DNA from: an uncultured Aquificales bacterium
Lineage (GTDB): Bacteria; Thermosulfidibacterota; Thermosulfidibacteria; Thermosulfidibacterales; Thermosulfidibacteraceae
NCBI GenBank assembly: GCA_964453345.1
Contig: CAYVOC010000029.1
Coordinates: 1 to 16,762 of the forward strand
DNA: 16,762 nucleotides
Direction: 5' to 3'
Position numbers and translations under genes: made by a program
In this document: piece by piece, positions 15,903-16,762 of the stretch
Layout: each line of letters begins with the position of its first letter
Numbering within the stretch: position 1 is the stretch's first letter
Notes under the pieces: generated by a model
What the model saw: the letters and a program-made list of their open reading frames with translations, nothing else
Told to the model about the DNA's origin: nothing
The model's database searches: none

Positions 15903-15930
15903 TTGACCTTTGGCTGGTCTGGTTTAAAAT
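15903..15930 (+). promoter_or_regulatory. putative sigma70 promoter P2 of the porin gene
   Basis: TTGACC (15903-15908), 16 nt, TAAAAT (15925-15930). Confidence 0.5.
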
Positions 15931-15968
15931 CTTAGGTAGCAAAATCAAGATAAGGAGGAGGTAGAGGC

Positions 15969-16762
15969 ATGAGGAAGTTGGCGTGGTTGTTTAGTTTGAT
16001 GTTTGTGATGGCGATCTTTACCGCATCGCAGGCAGGGGTTCTTTCTGTTAGGGTGCCCACCAAAAGCGGTATTGAGGCCCGCTTTGGAATGATTGAGCTG
16101 TTCACTGTGAACTGGGCGAAGAATTATGATTTTAACGATGACGAACCGGATCCCGCGTGGGTAGGCGACCCTGAGGGACTTGTGAGGGATAACTACATGT
16201 CCCACATGGTCTATTTCCCCGTTGACTTTGTGAAGGCTGGGGAGTGGCGTGCCCATGTGCTGTTCTCTTACAAGGCGAGCGACTTTGATCAGGGTAAGGA
16301 TGCCAATGCCAATGACTTTAACGGTGTTGATAATGACCGCTGGCGTGTTGAGCGTGCCTACTTTGAGTTCAAGCTGAACTTCCTTCCCGTTAACGCCTGG
16401 CTTGGCGTGGGGCATGATATGTGGGCTTTGGACAGGATAGGCGGTGCCATGGTCTACTTTGATGACGATCCCGGTATAAGGTTCTACGGAAATGTGGATA
16501 AGTTCACCTGGGACATGAAGTATATCAGGAAGGCTGAGCAGACCGATGATGCAAGCCTGGGCACCGATTCCAACAGGGACATCTTGGCTGTTAAACTGGG
16601 ATACGATTTCGGTGAAGTCTTTAAACCCCACGTGTTCTTTGCCTGGGATAGGAATGGAGCTATGGTGCCTAAAGAAGGTAACAATACTGATTTGGGATCT
16701 TGGGATGTTTATTACATTGGTGCCAATGCTGTTGGTAAGATCGGTGCCTTCATGTATCAGGC
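15969..16762 (+). CDS. outer-membrane beta-barrel porin-like protein, 3'-truncated by the window edge
   Basis: Translated by hand, with no stop before the window end: MRKLAWLFSLMFVMAIFTASQA-GVLSV..RWRVERAYFEFKL..VYFDDDPGIRFYG..RDILAVKLGYDF..WDVYYIGANAVGK. Shows a signal peptide, amphipathic aromatic-rich strands and D/N-rich loops; SD TAAGGAGGAGGT at 15951-15962. Confidence 0.82.
   Translation, partial: MRKLAWLFSLMFVMAIFTASQAGVLSVRVPTKSGIEARFGMIELFTVNWAKNYDFNDDEPDPAWVGDPEGLVRDNYMSHMVYFPVDFVKAGEWRAHVLFSYKASDFDQGKDANANDFNGVDNDRWRVERAYFEFKLNFLPVNAWLGVGHDMWALDRIGGAMVYFDDDPGIRFYGNVDKFTWDMKYIRKAEQTDDASLGTDSNRDILAVKLGYDFGEVFKPHVFFAWDRNGAMVPKEGNNTDLGSWDVYYIGANAVGKIGAFMYQ

Noticed and set aside
15945-16684. 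Minus-strand ORFs of 228 and 66 aa
   Set aside because: Antisense to the porin-like gene, which has the SD and signal peptide.

Overview
Gene-dense, housekeeping-type chromosomal window from a diderm bacterium. It is probably thermophilic and deep-branching, an inference from the bifunctional FBP aldolase/phosphatase and heavy AGG/ATA codon use. On the + strand, a sigma70-like promoter precedes tRNA-Leu(GAG) and tRNA-Pro(GGG), then an ~8.7 kb run of 11 overlapping or abutting CDSs: surE, pcm, LOG/TIGR00725-like, LysM-M23 (NlpD-like), ugd, yggT, yggU, mtnA, Zn-ribbon/TM/TPR, ROK kinase and fbp. A terminator-like hairpin and ftsK follow. On the - strand are a PilZ/YcgR-like gene, an LbcA-like TPR gene and a LolB-like lipoprotein gene. 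Divergent from these is a secreted FlgT_C-like/FG-GAP protein, then a porin-like gene that runs off the window end and is missing from the ORF track. I saw no mobile elements, CRISPR arrays or defence systems. The most unusual observation is an intact tRNA-Pro(CGG) at 1660-1736 lying wholly inside the most plausible reading frame of the LOG-family gene. Other notable items: a 67-bp divergent promoter with a shared -35 and two apparently leaderless genes, Cys-bracketed LysM domains, a LolB-like gene in LbcA synteny, and a stand-alone Shine-Dalgarno in the porin leader. All family calls come from motif recognition by eye; no searches were run.
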